The notes under the pieces are model-generated. The model saw nothing but the letters and a program-made list of their open reading frames with translations. It did no database searches and had not been told where the DNA came from. The position numbers were made by a program, and so were the translations under genes. Shown here in pieces: positions 52,273 through 60,599 of a stretch of DNA of 63,048 bases. Where the stretch lies: the IMG/VR virus record IMGVR_UViG_3300049328_000002, positions 1 to 63,048 of that record; one strand, written 5' to 3'. Numbering within the stretch: position 1 is the stretch's first letter; each line of letters starts with the position of its first letter. The DNA comes from a virus. Lineage: Duplodnaviria > Caudoviricetes.

Positions 52273-53814
52273 CTAGGTGGCCGGTCGGTTTGAAGTTTTT
52301 CGCGGGCGCGACCGCCCGTCGTTCAGGTTCCGGGGTATATGCCGACGTAGCACGCCCCCGCTACCATCGTGTATACCCCTGCCGCCGCCAACGGCGAGCA
52401 GGAGGTTGTACCAGTGGACCTCGGCCCACATGCCCCTTTCATCGGGCGTGCAGCGGATCTTCCCCACCAGTCGTTTCAACACGTCGCGCGCAGCCTGGAT
52501 GTCATCGCTGTTCAGGATCTCGCGCATGCTGCTCACGGCCGCGCGCCAGGCGCTCTCGGTCGGCCACGGCAGATCCACGGTTGGCGGCGGCGCCGTTCGC
52601 GCGGCGAGAGCTCGTCGCTTCGCTTCAGCAATGGCCGGCGCCATGATATCGGCCGACACCGTGCCAGCCCGCACCATCGCTTCCAGGGCGGCGACTTCGC
52701 GGTCAGCCGCGGTCTCAGGGTGGGCCAGCTCGCGTTCGGCCTTTGCGCGCTCAATCCGCAGCATTTTCACCCCCTCGTTGATCGCCTCCGGTGACAGCAT
52801 CTCGGCGATCAGCGGCTCGAGGACAGCCGCCTCGATCACCTTGCGCGGGATCGACGCTGAGTTCGTGCAGGCGTACTCGCCGCCGGCCTTGAAGGCGCTG
52901 CATCCATACCGGCGGTTCTTCCCGCCGAACACGACCATCTTCTTCTCGCAGATCCCGCACTCGAGCAGGCCCGACAGCGGATACGTCGCCGTGCGGTCGA
53001 ACTTCGTCCGGCCCACAAAGCGGCGTTGAACACGCGACCAGGTGATCTCGTCGACCCAGGCTTCGCCCGGCTGCACGATCCATTGCTCGCGCGGCCGTTC
53101 GCGGCGTACGCGCTTGCCGCTGTCCGGGTCTTTGAACCACTGGCTCTTGTTCCAGACCACGCGGCCGATGTACTTCTCGTTCTTCAGGATCGCGTGCAGC
53201 GCCGACACGAGCCACTTGCCGCGCACCCCGCACCGCGGTTTCCAGTTCGCGCCAGGTGACGGGATCTCACGGCGGTTGAGGTCGTGCACGATCGCCTTCA
53301 GCGTCTCGCCGTCCGCGTAACGCCGGAACACCTCTTCGACGATCTCGCGGTTGTCGTATGCCTTGCCTCCGGTCGGCCGGCCGGCGAGCGCCCGCATCTC
53401 AAGCGCGGATCGCGTGCGGTCGGCGACGGTGGTGCGGAACTCTTCGGACATGATGCCGCTCATGCCGGCCTGCATGCGGGCCGTACGGGAGTCGCTGTCG
53501 AAGCCGTCCTGCACGGCGAACACGCGCACGCCGCGGAACTTCAACCTGGACAGCATCGGCGCGAGATCCTGCGATCGGCAGAGCCGGGTGAGGTCCATGA
53601 CGACCAGTACATCGCCGGTCGACAGCGCGGCCAGGGCTGCTTGCACACCAGGCCGGTTGCCTGTCGCCGCGCCGCTGATCCCTTCGTCGCTGAACTCGCC
53701 GCCGATCGACAATGAGCGTTGGGCGGCGAACGCGCGGCACACGCGCACCTGGTCGAAGATCGATTGCTCGTCTTGCATGTCGGTGCTGAAGCGGGCGTAG
53801 ATGATGGCTTTCAT
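52273..53814 (-). CDS. int: Large serine recombinase (integrase)
   Basis: YARFS catalytic Ser, DEGISG, RPG, DLTRL.R; recombinase domain; Zn ribbon LSGLLECGIC...YGC; coiled coil. Confidence 0.95.
   Translation of the reverse strand: MKAIIYARFSTDMQDEQSIFDQVRVCRAFAAQRSLSIGGEFSDEGISGAATGNRPGVQAALAALSTGDVLVVMDLTRLCRSQDLAPMLSRLKFRGVRVFAVQDGFDSDSRTARMQAGMSGIMSEEFRTTVADRTRSALEMRALAGRPTGGKAYDNREIVEEVFRRYADGETLKAIVHDLNRREIPSPGANWKPRCGVRGKWLVSALHAILKNEKYIGRVVWNKSQWFKDPDSGKRVRRERPREQWIVQPGEAWVDEITWSRVQRRFVGRTKFDRTATYPLSGLLECGICEKKMVVFGGKNRRYGCSAFKAGGEYACTNSASIPRKVIEAAVLEPLIAEMLSPEAINEGVKMLRIERAKAERELAHPETAADREVAALEAMVRAGTVSADIMAPAIAEAKRRALAARTAPPPTVDLPWPTESAWRAAVSSMREILNSDDIQAARDVLKRLVGKIRCTPDERGMWAEVHWYNLLLAVGGGRGIHDGSGGVLRRHIPRNLNDGRSRPRKTSNRPAT
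52332..52379. other. attP: Putative attP inside the integrase 3' end; contains the tRNA-like 3' end GCCCCCGCTACCA
   Basis: 48-bp dyad: GGGGTATA/TATACCCC and GTAGC/GCTAC share one centre (CC at 52355-52356). Confidence 0.75.
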
Positions 53815-54119
53815 GGGGCGACCGCGTACGAGGTGAATTGATTTTCTTCGTGGCCTTTGATCAACAGTTGCACACGGTCAGGATCTTCCCAGTCCATACT
53901 GCGAACCGCTTCGATTAACCAGTCGCGATCGAGATAATTGAACGCGCCCGCGTAAACATCGCTTTCCATCACCTTGTCGCCACCGGCGTGATGATCGATT
54001 CTAACCAATGGGCGATCATGCTTCACCGTGATCTTTTTGTTCAATAGGTCGACGGTAGGCGTGGTATCGCAGCGGTCGAAAATTCCCGTGATCAGAATGA
54101 CATCGGTCACGACGGACAT
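53811..54119 (-). CDS. Hypothetical protein
   Basis: GGAG RBS; ATGA coupling to int. Confidence 0.75.
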   Translation of the reverse strand: MSVVTDVILITGIFDRCDTTPTVDLLNKKITVKHDRPLVRIDHHAGGDKVMESDVYAGAFNYLDRDWLIEAVRSMDWEDPDRVQLLIKGHEENQFTSYAVAP

Positions 54120-54195
54120 TTCAAAGACTCCGGCAAGGGCTTGGGACGCATGGCGGCTCGGGCGATGATGCGCATTAACTCTAACAACTCAGGGC

Positions 54196-54447
54196 TCATA
54201 ACTCATCCTCGGCCATCAGCTCGTCAATGAAACGGTTGCGCCGCACCTGGTGCTGTCGCTGCTCATACTGCTCACGGCAACGGCGGCACAGCTCGTCACC
54301 TAATGGCGCGCAGGCACCGCACTGGCATTTCGGCTGATCGTGACTTGCGTCGCTACGCTTTTTGTATTCAGCGTAATGCTCGACACAGCGATCTTTCTTG
54401 AACACGGGCTCGCTACAGCAGTCACGCCGACAGAATTTTCGAGCCAT
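54196..54447 (-). CDS. Small Cys-rich protein ending EDEL
   Basis: Multiple Cys/His; TAATG coupling. Confidence 0.7.
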   Translation of the reverse strand: MARKFCRRDCCSEPVFKKDRCVEHYAEYKKRSDASHDQPKCQCGACAPLGDELCRRCREQYEQRQHQVRRNRFIDELMAEDEL

Positions 54448-54872
54448 TATAATTTCACCTCGGGCGGCAGTGGATTCTCAGCGCGGTACTGCGCGACGGT
54501 CTTGCCGAAGTGCTGCTCGGCGCAGGGCTTGCAGTACCACTCGCTGCAATACAGGCACTGGTACATGAAGAGGACTGCACGAGTAGCGCCGCATCGGCAG
54601 GGCATCGTTCCGAGGCGGATGTTCACGCCGGCCGCAGCCTGGCGAACTGTTTCGCGCTTCTGCTCGGCGATGAACGAGAACTTTTCGATCCACTGCGCTT
54701 CGTCGAATTCGGGTTTGGTCTGCTCGCGGAGTCTTGCCGCGACAGCATTTACGCCCTCAACAATTGCCGACACAATCGCCATGTCGGCGCCGTATTGACG
54801 TGCCGCGCCAAGGGCAACGTTGTGGAAACAATCCAGCGCTTCGGCTAATTTCCCTTGGTCAATCTGACCCAT
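54447..54872 (-). CDS. Hypothetical protein with C-terminal Zn finger
   Basis: CRCG...CLYC...CKPCAEQHF. Confidence 0.7.
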   Translation of the reverse strand: MGQIDQGKLAEALDCFHNVALGAARQYGADMAIVSAIVEGVNAVAARLREQTKPEFDEAQWIEKFSFIAEQKRETVRQAAAGVNIRLGTMPCRCGATRAVLFMYQCLYCSEWYCKPCAEQHFGKTVAQYRAENPLPPEVKL

Positions 54873-55111
54873 CACTTCGATCCTCGATAAATCATGTAGA
54901 CAGCTTGAGCCGCACACTCCCACGCACGTTTGCTCTGCTCGTCCATGTGCGACCAGCGCAGGTGCGGCCCGTTCTTCTCGACGCCGCGGACATGCGGGAA
55001 GCGCGACTCGTAGAACGCTTCCATCGCAACCTGGCCGAGCGGCTTTGCGCCGGCATCGCCATGTGACTGAACGGGCTGCTGCGGACGGCCGAGGTTTTCG
55101 AAGTTGTTCAT
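54872..55111 (-). CDS. Hypothetical protein
   Basis: LGQVA.EAF...W......WE..A motif; coupled. Confidence 0.65.
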   Translation of the reverse strand: MNNFENLGRPQQPVQSHGDAGAKPLGQVAMEAFYESRFPHVRGVEKNGPHLRWSHMDEQSKRAWECAAQAVYMIYRGSK

Positions 55112-55112
55112 G

Positions 55113-55373
55113 TCATCGCGCCTTGAAGACTTCGAACTTCATGTGCTCGGCACCGCCAGTATCGACGAGCAGTTCGTTGATCGTTGTTTGGATCAGCGGC
55201 AGCAGGTCGCGATACAGGCACGGTTGCTTCGGCCGGAGCTGATGTTTCGCTTCGCCGGTTGGCCCCTTGGCCCACACGTTGATTAGCCAGCGGTGTGCGC
55301 CAGGCGGCTTAGGGCGATGCCACCGCGGCGAGTCGACCTGGACCTTGCTGTCGAACGTGGCGATCAGGATCAT
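55113..55373 (-). CDS. Hypothetical protein
   Basis: ATGA coupling with the upstream ORF. Confidence 0.6.
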   Translation of the reverse strand: MILIATFDSKVQVDSPRWHRPKPPGAHRWLINVWAKGPTGEAKHQLRPKQPCLYRDLLPLIQTTINELLVDTGGAEHMKFEVFKAR

Positions 55374-55654
55374 TTCGGTGTGCCTTGAAAATTGGCTTGG
55401 TTGCCGAGCGTGCGACAACTCTCGAACGTTTTATCGCACGACAGCTGCCCGCCGTTGTAACGACACACAGCATCTCGGAAGACGCATACGCAGAGGTTTT
55501 CGATCTTCGGTTTCGCCTGCGCTTTATGCCATTCGAGCTTGGCCGTGGCGAGCACCTGACCTTTCGACCAGGTGGGGTGACGGTCACGCAGCGCGACGCA
55601 GATTGCGAGCAAGTCGGTGCGACGAACTACTGAGAATTCGCCTCGCGCGCTCAT
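55370..55654 (-). CDS. Hypothetical protein
   Basis: ATGA coupling with rdgC; Cys-rich C-terminus. Confidence 0.55.
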   Translation of the reverse strand: MSARGEFSVVRRTDLLAICVALRDRHPTWSKGQVLATAKLEWHKAQAKPKIENLCVCVFRDAVCRYNGGQLSCDKTFESCRTLGNQANFQGTPK

Positions 55655-56682
55655 AGCTCGTCATCCTCTTCGTCGACCAGCGCTTCTTCGAGTTTCGCCG
55701 GCTTAGGCACATGCAGACCGCCGAGCTGTTCGATCACGTCGTTCACCAGTGCGGAGTAGCGATTGGCAACGAGCATCGAGAATGAACAGAAGGCATAACG
55801 CTCGTCTCCATCATCCTGCGCGTCGTTGTGCGACTCCATGGTGAAGTCGGTGAACTGCACGCGCTTGAATACGAGCTTGGTGTTGAGCGTGAACACGAGC
55901 ACCCGATCTTCTTCGTCGTCCGGTGCTTCCTCGCCGTACGTCATGCGGAGCTCACTCGGCTCGTAGCCACTCTTGATCAGCTTTTGCACCTCGTCACCGT
56001 AGATGTCACGATCCTTGATGCGGATCGTGCGCTTCTCGGTTCCGTGCAGCACCGCCGCGTCATCAGCTTCGAATACAATGCTGTCGTCGAGGTCACGCAG
56101 ACGAGCGGCGATGGCGACCGTGCGCAGCAGCGACGCCGGGTCATCTTCAGTATCGATCAGGCGGCACTTCGCCATGTCCCACGGCAGCACATGACTCAGC
56201 AGCGAGATCACCTCGTCGGCACGCTTCGCGCTGCTCGTGAACACGAACAGTTTGTTCTTGCCGGTGAACATCACGTACACGATGCTACGGCGGATGAACG
56301 CTTTGGGCAGCAGCTCGTGCTCAACGTCGTCGCGCAGCTGCGCGTACTCTTTGCGTGAGAGTTTCCGATCCTCACGTTCCTCGATCGAAGCGATGCGCTT
56401 CAGCAGATGTTCGTCGCGGACCTTGCCCGGCAGGATGCGTTCGTTGAACTGCACGGCCAGGAGGAAGGTGCCAGGCACGACGGTGTGGAAGAAGACACCT
56501 TCGTCGACCGGGCACACCAGGCCGATGCTGCGCCAGGCTTGCGGGCTTGGATCGAGCGAGACGTGTTTCAGCAGTTCTTCCTCGAACTCTTCGCCGCGGT
56601 TCCGCGACACGTTGCCCAGGTCGATGATGAAGCCGGGTGTCACGGTGTACGCGACGAAGTTCTTGTACGGATGATTCTTCAT
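55651..56682 (-). CDS. rdgC: Recombination-associated protein RdgC
   Basis: SIG.V.P, ERILPG.V, ELLPKAF, SSAKRA. Confidence 0.85.
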   Translation of the reverse strand: MKNHPYKNFVAYTVTPGFIIDLGNVSRNRGEEFEEELLKHVSLDPSPQAWRSIGLVCPVDEGVFFHTVVPGTFLLAVQFNERILPGKVRDEHLLKRIASIEEREDRKLSRKEYAQLRDDVEHELLPKAFIRRSIVYVMFTGKNKLFVFTSSAKRADEVISLLSHVLPWDMAKCRLIDTEDDPASLLRTVAIAARLRDLDDSIVFEADDAAVLHGTEKRTIRIKDRDIYGDEVQKLIKSGYEPSELRMTYGEEAPDDEEDRVLVFTLNTKLVFKRVQFTDFTMESHNDAQDDGDERYAFCSFSMLVANRYSALVNDVIEQLGGLHVPKPAKLEEALVDEEDDEL

Positions 56683-56924
56683 GGGTGTTGGTCCCCGTTG
56701 GGTTTAGATTGTTGGTCGGTAAATTGAGCGAACCTTATGCTGTATTGGAGGTCTTCGAGGTCGCCCACGCAGTCTTCCAATTTATCAGCAACCGATCCCC
56801 TCACCAGCTGTCCTCTTTTTACCCTTGCTGCTTCTTCCTCACGAAACAGAGCCTGGAATTCCGTTTTCAGCAGATCGACGGTCTTCGCCAGTTGCTTCAA
56901 CTTCGCTCTTCGTTTCGCATTCAT
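56679..56924 (-). CDS. Hypothetical coiled-coil protein
   Basis: MNAKRR; coupled at both ends. Confidence 0.7.
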   Translation of the reverse strand: MNAKRRAKLKQLAKTVDLLKTEFQALFREEEAARVKRGQLVRGSVADKLEDCVGDLEDLQYSIRFAQFTDQQSKPNGDQHP

Positions 56925-57358
56925 GACGGATCAACCTCGACAAGATCAAGCGCCGCGCTGAGATGCACGATGGCCGACATGGCGGTGAATTCGGCGAGCG
57001 CAATGGTGTCGGCAGCTGTGTCGCAGCGCTCGATCGTGTCTTCGATGTTCTCTGCGTCGGCGTCGCCCACGACCATGTCGAGCTGCTGGTTAATGCGATC
57101 GATGATCGGGCCGACAGTATTGGCCATGTCGATCAGTGCGGGATGCGCGTTGAGTTTCGGCGTCTGTCCACCGGCCAGGGCGAACAGCATGCGAGCTTCG
57201 CGCAGCCTGGCGTGTGCGGTGAGCAGGATGAGGTGTACACGTTGCTGGTCGGCTGCTGGCGTCGTCGCGGTCTTCGCCTTGATAGCCACTGACGCGGCTT
57301 GAACACCCTGGTCGATCGCAGCGAGTGCGTCGTCGATGAGTTGGTTGATGCTGCTCAT
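56921..57358 (-). CDS. Hypothetical helical protein
   Basis: GGAG RBS; TGATG coupling. Confidence 0.7.
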   Translation of the reverse strand: MSSINQLIDDALAAIDQGVQAASVAIKAKTATTPAADQQRVHLILLTAHARLREARMLFALAGGQTPKLNAHPALIDMANTVGPIIDRINQQLDMVVGDADAENIEDTIERCDTAADTIALAEFTAMSAIVHLSAALDLVEVDPS

Positions 57359-58368
57359 CACTCGTCTCCCGGTGCGGCGGCGAAGCCCGCTTCGGGTTTC
57401 TTCGCCCCTAACTCGAAACAGTGCTTGCGAGCGATATCTGCAAGCTGCTCGACAAGGTTGGTGATCATTCCCTCGTTGCGATGCGGCCGAAAAAAGTCCC
57501 TTGTTTTGAGGATTGCGGTTCTGAATACCATCAGGTCTCGGTACAGGGTGTCGCGATCGATTTCTTTCGGCGAATCGGTTTGAGATTTTTCGCTGATGAC
57601 CTTTACGTCGAGGGCCAAGGATTCTGTGACAGGCGTGCTGGCCATGTGTGTGCCACATCTCTCAACGGCCCACCAACGTTCATGCGCGTAGAACGCGGGT
57701 TTGCCGTAGTACACGGTCAGCTCGTCGAGCGTGCCGATCTTCGTTGCCCACTCAGGCGCGTCTTTCCAGGCGCCCGAAGGATCTATCGCTTCGTCGCGGT
57801 GCTTGATGAACCTGTCATCCATCGGATGCACGCGCAGCCGATCTACCACCGCAGCAATCTTTGCCGGATCGCCTTCACCCGTGACGCTGATGTGGACCGC
57901 GTTCTCGACGCGCGGCTGCGCGAGGTCGATCTTGCTGAACTCCCAGCGCAGCTTGCGCTGCTGCGCTAGGTCGATCTGCTCTTGTTCGGCAGACCGGGCA
58001 TCGACTCTGTAGCGACGATACTCGGCGTCGAGCTTCAACGGGTTCTTCTCGCCGGTCGCGAAGTGGAACTGTTGTGGGGTCAGTTCAACGCCCGCGTAGT
58101 TCATGATGTTGCTTGTGGTGTGCTGCGGCGATGTGAGATCAGCACCAACGCTGTTCGTGAACTCGAATCGGCATGGCTCGCCGCCGATGAACTGCTTCAA
58201 CTGACGCTCGCCCGCCTCGTACGCATCGCGCAGCTTCCGCGTCACGACTTCGGTGAGCTTCACGCCTGAGAGGAACGTGTCGGCGTGGATCAGGTCGTTG
58301 ATCTCGAGCAGCGCCGCGTCGGCGATCTCGTCCAGGGTGTCGCTGTGGTTCTCCGGTGCCAATCCCAT
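57358..58368 (-). CDS. Hypothetical multi-domain protein
   Basis: 336 aa; W.DAPEWA motif. Confidence 0.7.
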   Translation of the reverse strand: MGLAPENHSDTLDEIADAALLEINDLIHADTFLSGVKLTEVVTRKLRDAYEAGERQLKQFIGGEPCRFEFTNSVGADLTSPQHTTSNIMNYAGVELTPQQFHFATGEKNPLKLDAEYRRYRVDARSAEQEQIDLAQQRKLRWEFSKIDLAQPRVENAVHISVTGEGDPAKIAAVVDRLRVHPMDDRFIKHRDEAIDPSGAWKDAPEWATKIGTLDELTVYYGKPAFYAHERWWAVERCGTHMASTPVTESLALDVKVISEKSQTDSPKEIDRDTLYRDLMVFRTAILKTRDFFRPHRNEGMITNLVEQLADIARKHCFELGAKKPEAGFAAAPGDE

Positions 58369-58468
58369 TTCGATTTTTTCCTGTCGTCGGGTGGGTTCCG
58401 GGCAGGGTGTCGCGACCTTCTGGAACACCCAAACCCATTTGAAATTTTTCGCTGCGGCCGGTAGTGAA

Positions 58469-58503
58469 TCACCTGCTTGTTGATCGTGTCAACCGTTTGT
58501 TGA
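58469..58503. promoter_or_regulatory. Tandem TCAAC-N5-GTTGA boxes (20-bp period)
   Basis: TCACCTGCTTGTTGA at 58469; TCAACCGTTTGTTGA at 58489. Confidence 0.75.
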
Positions 58504-58550
58504 ATCTTGCCGCAAAGTGAGCCACGATCGGGTCCATGCCCGAATCGAAC

Positions 58551-58895
58551 TCAGGACTTGCGGGTGATCAGCGCGATCACGAACAGCGCACCGCTCCGGG
58601 TGTAGCTGTCGATGATCTCGATCGTGTAATCGCCGCCGGTTTGCTTCTTCGCTTCTCGCACCGGCCCGGCCAGGTTGTTGCGCACCTGGTCGCGGATCTC
58701 AGCACCGTTCTCGACGTAGTTGGCGAACGAATGATCCTCGTCGACACGCAGCGCCTTGGCCGCGGTCTCACCGATCGCCAGGTCGGCGATGACGCTGGTG
58801 AAGCTCGAGCTGCGCTTCCTGGTTGGCGTGTTCACGTCGTCTTCGACAGTGGCTGCGGCGGCGACAACGCGCTCCGCGATCGGGGTCTTTGCCAT
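58551..58895 (-). CDS. Hypothetical protein (first gene of the leftward arm)
   Basis: GGAG RBS before MAKT. Confidence 0.8.
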   Translation of the reverse strand: MAKTPIAERVVAAAATVEDDVNTPTRKRSSSFTSVIADLAIGETAAKALRVDEDHSFANYVENGAEIRDQVRNNLAGPVREAKKQTGGDYTIEIIDSYTRSGALFVIALITRKS

Positions 58896-58929
58896 CTCAG
58901 GTGCTCCGTTGGATATATGCAATGAATAT

Positions 58930-58960
58930 ATCGTAGCACTACAAGGCGGCACCCTGTCAA
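58930..58960 (-). promoter_or_regulatory. Leftward sigma70-like promoter overlapped by an ACAAGG-N5-CCCTGT operator
   Basis: TTGACA-N19-TACGAT (long spacer); operator at 58941-58957. Confidence 0.55.
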
Positions 58961-59021
58961 ACGAAACCCACTGTCGGTTGACTCGTTGGGCATCAGCTCG
59001 AGAGGCGTCGGGTCGCCGGCC

Positions 59022-59234
59022 AGGTTGCTCGAGTAAGCACTACATCTTGTGTCCGACCAGCTGGAGGATCGCACCACATCTAGTGTTCGGTGCCGCGGTG
59101 AGGTCTGGCGAGGTTGCTCAAGTAAGCGAGCGCAATTTCGCTCGGTAAAGCCAGGGGTGGGCGGGGTCTCGCTAGGTTGCTCAAGTAAGGTCGAGCGGCC
59201 TGGCTTTCTGGAACGGCGGGGTTGCTGAAGTACA
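59022..59234 (+). repeat. Four 16-bp direct repeats AGGTTGCTCRAGTAAG
   Basis: Copies at 59022, 59111, 59174, 59219 (the last is degenerate). Confidence 0.85.
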
Positions 59235-59358
59235 GCTCGAGCGCCAGGTCGCGCACGGCGGCGCGGCCCGGATAGCGAGGTGATGAGGGTGATCGGTGGG
59301 AGGTGGGTGCGAATGTTCCACGAATTGTTCCACGCGACGGCGGACGTGCGCCGCTTTG

Positions 59359-59386
59359 TTGACAAGGTCGCGCCTTGTACTAATCT
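59359..59386 (+). promoter_or_regulatory. Early sigma70 promoter with perfect ACAAGG-N5-CCTTGT operator
   Basis: TTGACA-N16-TAATCT; palindrome at 59362-59378. Confidence 0.7.
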
Positions 59387-59420
59387 GGAATCACTAACCC
59401 GCTACCTGGAGTCCATATAG

Positions 59421-59561
59421 ATGCGCCGCGCCACCTTTCCCTGTTTCCTAGATGCCGCTTGTTTCGCTTATTTCCTGCGGGAAAATGGTGATTCCGTTAG
59501 TCGGTTCTTCCGCGTCAACCGCACATGGTTTGTTTGCTTTGAAAATAATTCGGCCTGCTAG
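59421..59561 (+). CDS. Small hypothetical protein (46 aa)
   Basis: GGAG upstream; lies between two promoters. Confidence 0.45.
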   Translation: MRRATFPCFLDAACFAYFLRENGDSVSRFFRVNRTWFVCFENNSAC

Positions 59562-59617
59562 TTGACAAGGCGCCACCTAGTCACTAGAGTTTGCGCATAC
59601 AGTCAACAAACGGTTGA
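59562..59617 (+). promoter_or_regulatory. Early sigma70 promoter carrying both operator types
   Basis: TTGACA-N17-TAGAGT; ACAAGG-N5-CCTAGT at 59565; TCAACAAACGGTTGA at 59603. Confidence 0.75.
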
Positions 59618-59634
59618 TTCAGGGAGATAGGCAA

Positions 59635-59760
59635 ATGATCAAATACGTAGTGGTTTTCGTGCTGGTGACGATTGGCGCTGGCGCATTCATCGGCGGCGCC
59701 GCTGTCGATACGGTTGAGCGTGCAAGCGCGGATCGCGCGGCATTGCTCGAATCTATCTAA
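59635..59760 (+). CDS. Small membrane peptide (41 aa)
   Basis: GGGAG RBS; MIKYVVVFVLVTIGAGAFIGG. Confidence 0.6.
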   Translation: MIKYVVVFVLVTIGAGAFIGGAAVDTVERASADRAALLESI

Positions 59761-59784
59761 CCGACATTCGCAGGAGTGCAGGCA

Positions 59785-60309
59785 ATGAAAACAGCAAAAG
59801 AAGCGGCAGTTAAAAGCGAAACTGAATTGGCGGTTGCGGATTATCTAACGTCTATCGGCGTCGCGTATTCCGTCGCGCCAGCTGGCGCAGGATTGATCCG
59901 CAATGACAATTGGGAGTGCGACGGCTGGTCAGTGTTGTTCCAATGCCCGGCCCGGAAAGCGGCGGAGCGATTCGATTACTACACTGGCTTAGGGCATCGA
60001 GTTCTGCCGGGCAACGGTAAACCCATGAGCTGGGCTAATGTGCAAAACCCGCGCGAGCTGGAACGCTGGTGCAAGCAAAACGCTAAACCCTTCGCGCCGT
60101 TCGCCGCGTCGGTCCTGTATTCGCTCATCCTTGATAGCAGCGCGGCGCATCAATCTTTTCGCGACTGGTGCGCGGATTACGGTTACAACAATGATTCGAT
60201 AGCGCACCAGCAAACATATAACGAATGTTGCATTAACGCGGAGAAATTGCGCCGCGTATTCACTCGCGAGCAGATGGAACATTTGCAAACTCTGTTACAG
60301 GACTACTAA
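59785..60309 (+). CDS. Hypothetical early protein
   Basis: AGGAG RBS; YYTGLGH, VLYSL..D, F.DWCADYGY..DS. Confidence 0.8.
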   Translation: MKTAKEAAVKSETELAVADYLTSIGVAYSVAPAGAGLIRNDNWECDGWSVLFQCPARKAAERFDYYTGLGHRVLPGNGKPMSWANVQNPRELERWCKQNAKPFAPFAASVLYSLILDSSAAHQSFRDWCADYGYNNDSIAHQQTYNECCINAEKLRRVFTREQMEHLQTLLQDY

Positions 60310-60311
60310 CC

Positions 60312-60596
60312 ATGAATGCCAGCGAACTTAAATACCAGCTCGAAGCGCGCAACACTGAGACGCATTTCTTCAGCCGCGAGAATATGAAATTCGCTGGCGA
60401 TACGATGCGCAACTATGGCGTGCGCTCCGCGACCATCCGTACCAACTATAACGCGGCTGGCGAGTATGTCGGCAAGGACGGCGGAATCGATATGGAAGTT
60501 TGGGAGCTGTACCGCAAACGTCCGGTGAAGCACGGCCTGCAATCCAGCGCCTACTTCGATAAGCAAACATTCGTGCAAGTGTTTCCCGCGCGCTAA
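60312..60596 (+). CDS. Hypothetical early protein
   Basis: AGGA RBS; HFFSRENMKF.G. Confidence 0.8.
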   Translation: MNASELKYQLEARNTETHFFSRENMKFAGDTMRNYGVRSATIRTNYNAAGEYVGKDGGIDMEVWELYRKRPVKHGLQSSAYFDKQTFVQVFPAR

Positions 60597-60599
60597 CAG

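Noticed and set aside
52321-52366. tRNA gene
   Set aside because: Only a 13-nt acceptor-end match with no cloverleaf; interpreted as att homology
54107-54199. 30-codon ORF coupled between two genes (MSPELLELMRII...)
   Set aside because: Plausible, but too short to support without homologues
59022-59234. Canonical CRISPR array
   Set aside because: Repeats are only 16 bp and spacers are very uneven (73, 47, 29 bp); kept as an unexplained repeat instead
58832-59365. 177-aa minus-strand ORF with LLEQP repeats
   Set aside because: It overlaps promoters and another gene, is Arg/Pro/Ser-biased, and only three of the four DNA repeats are in its frame
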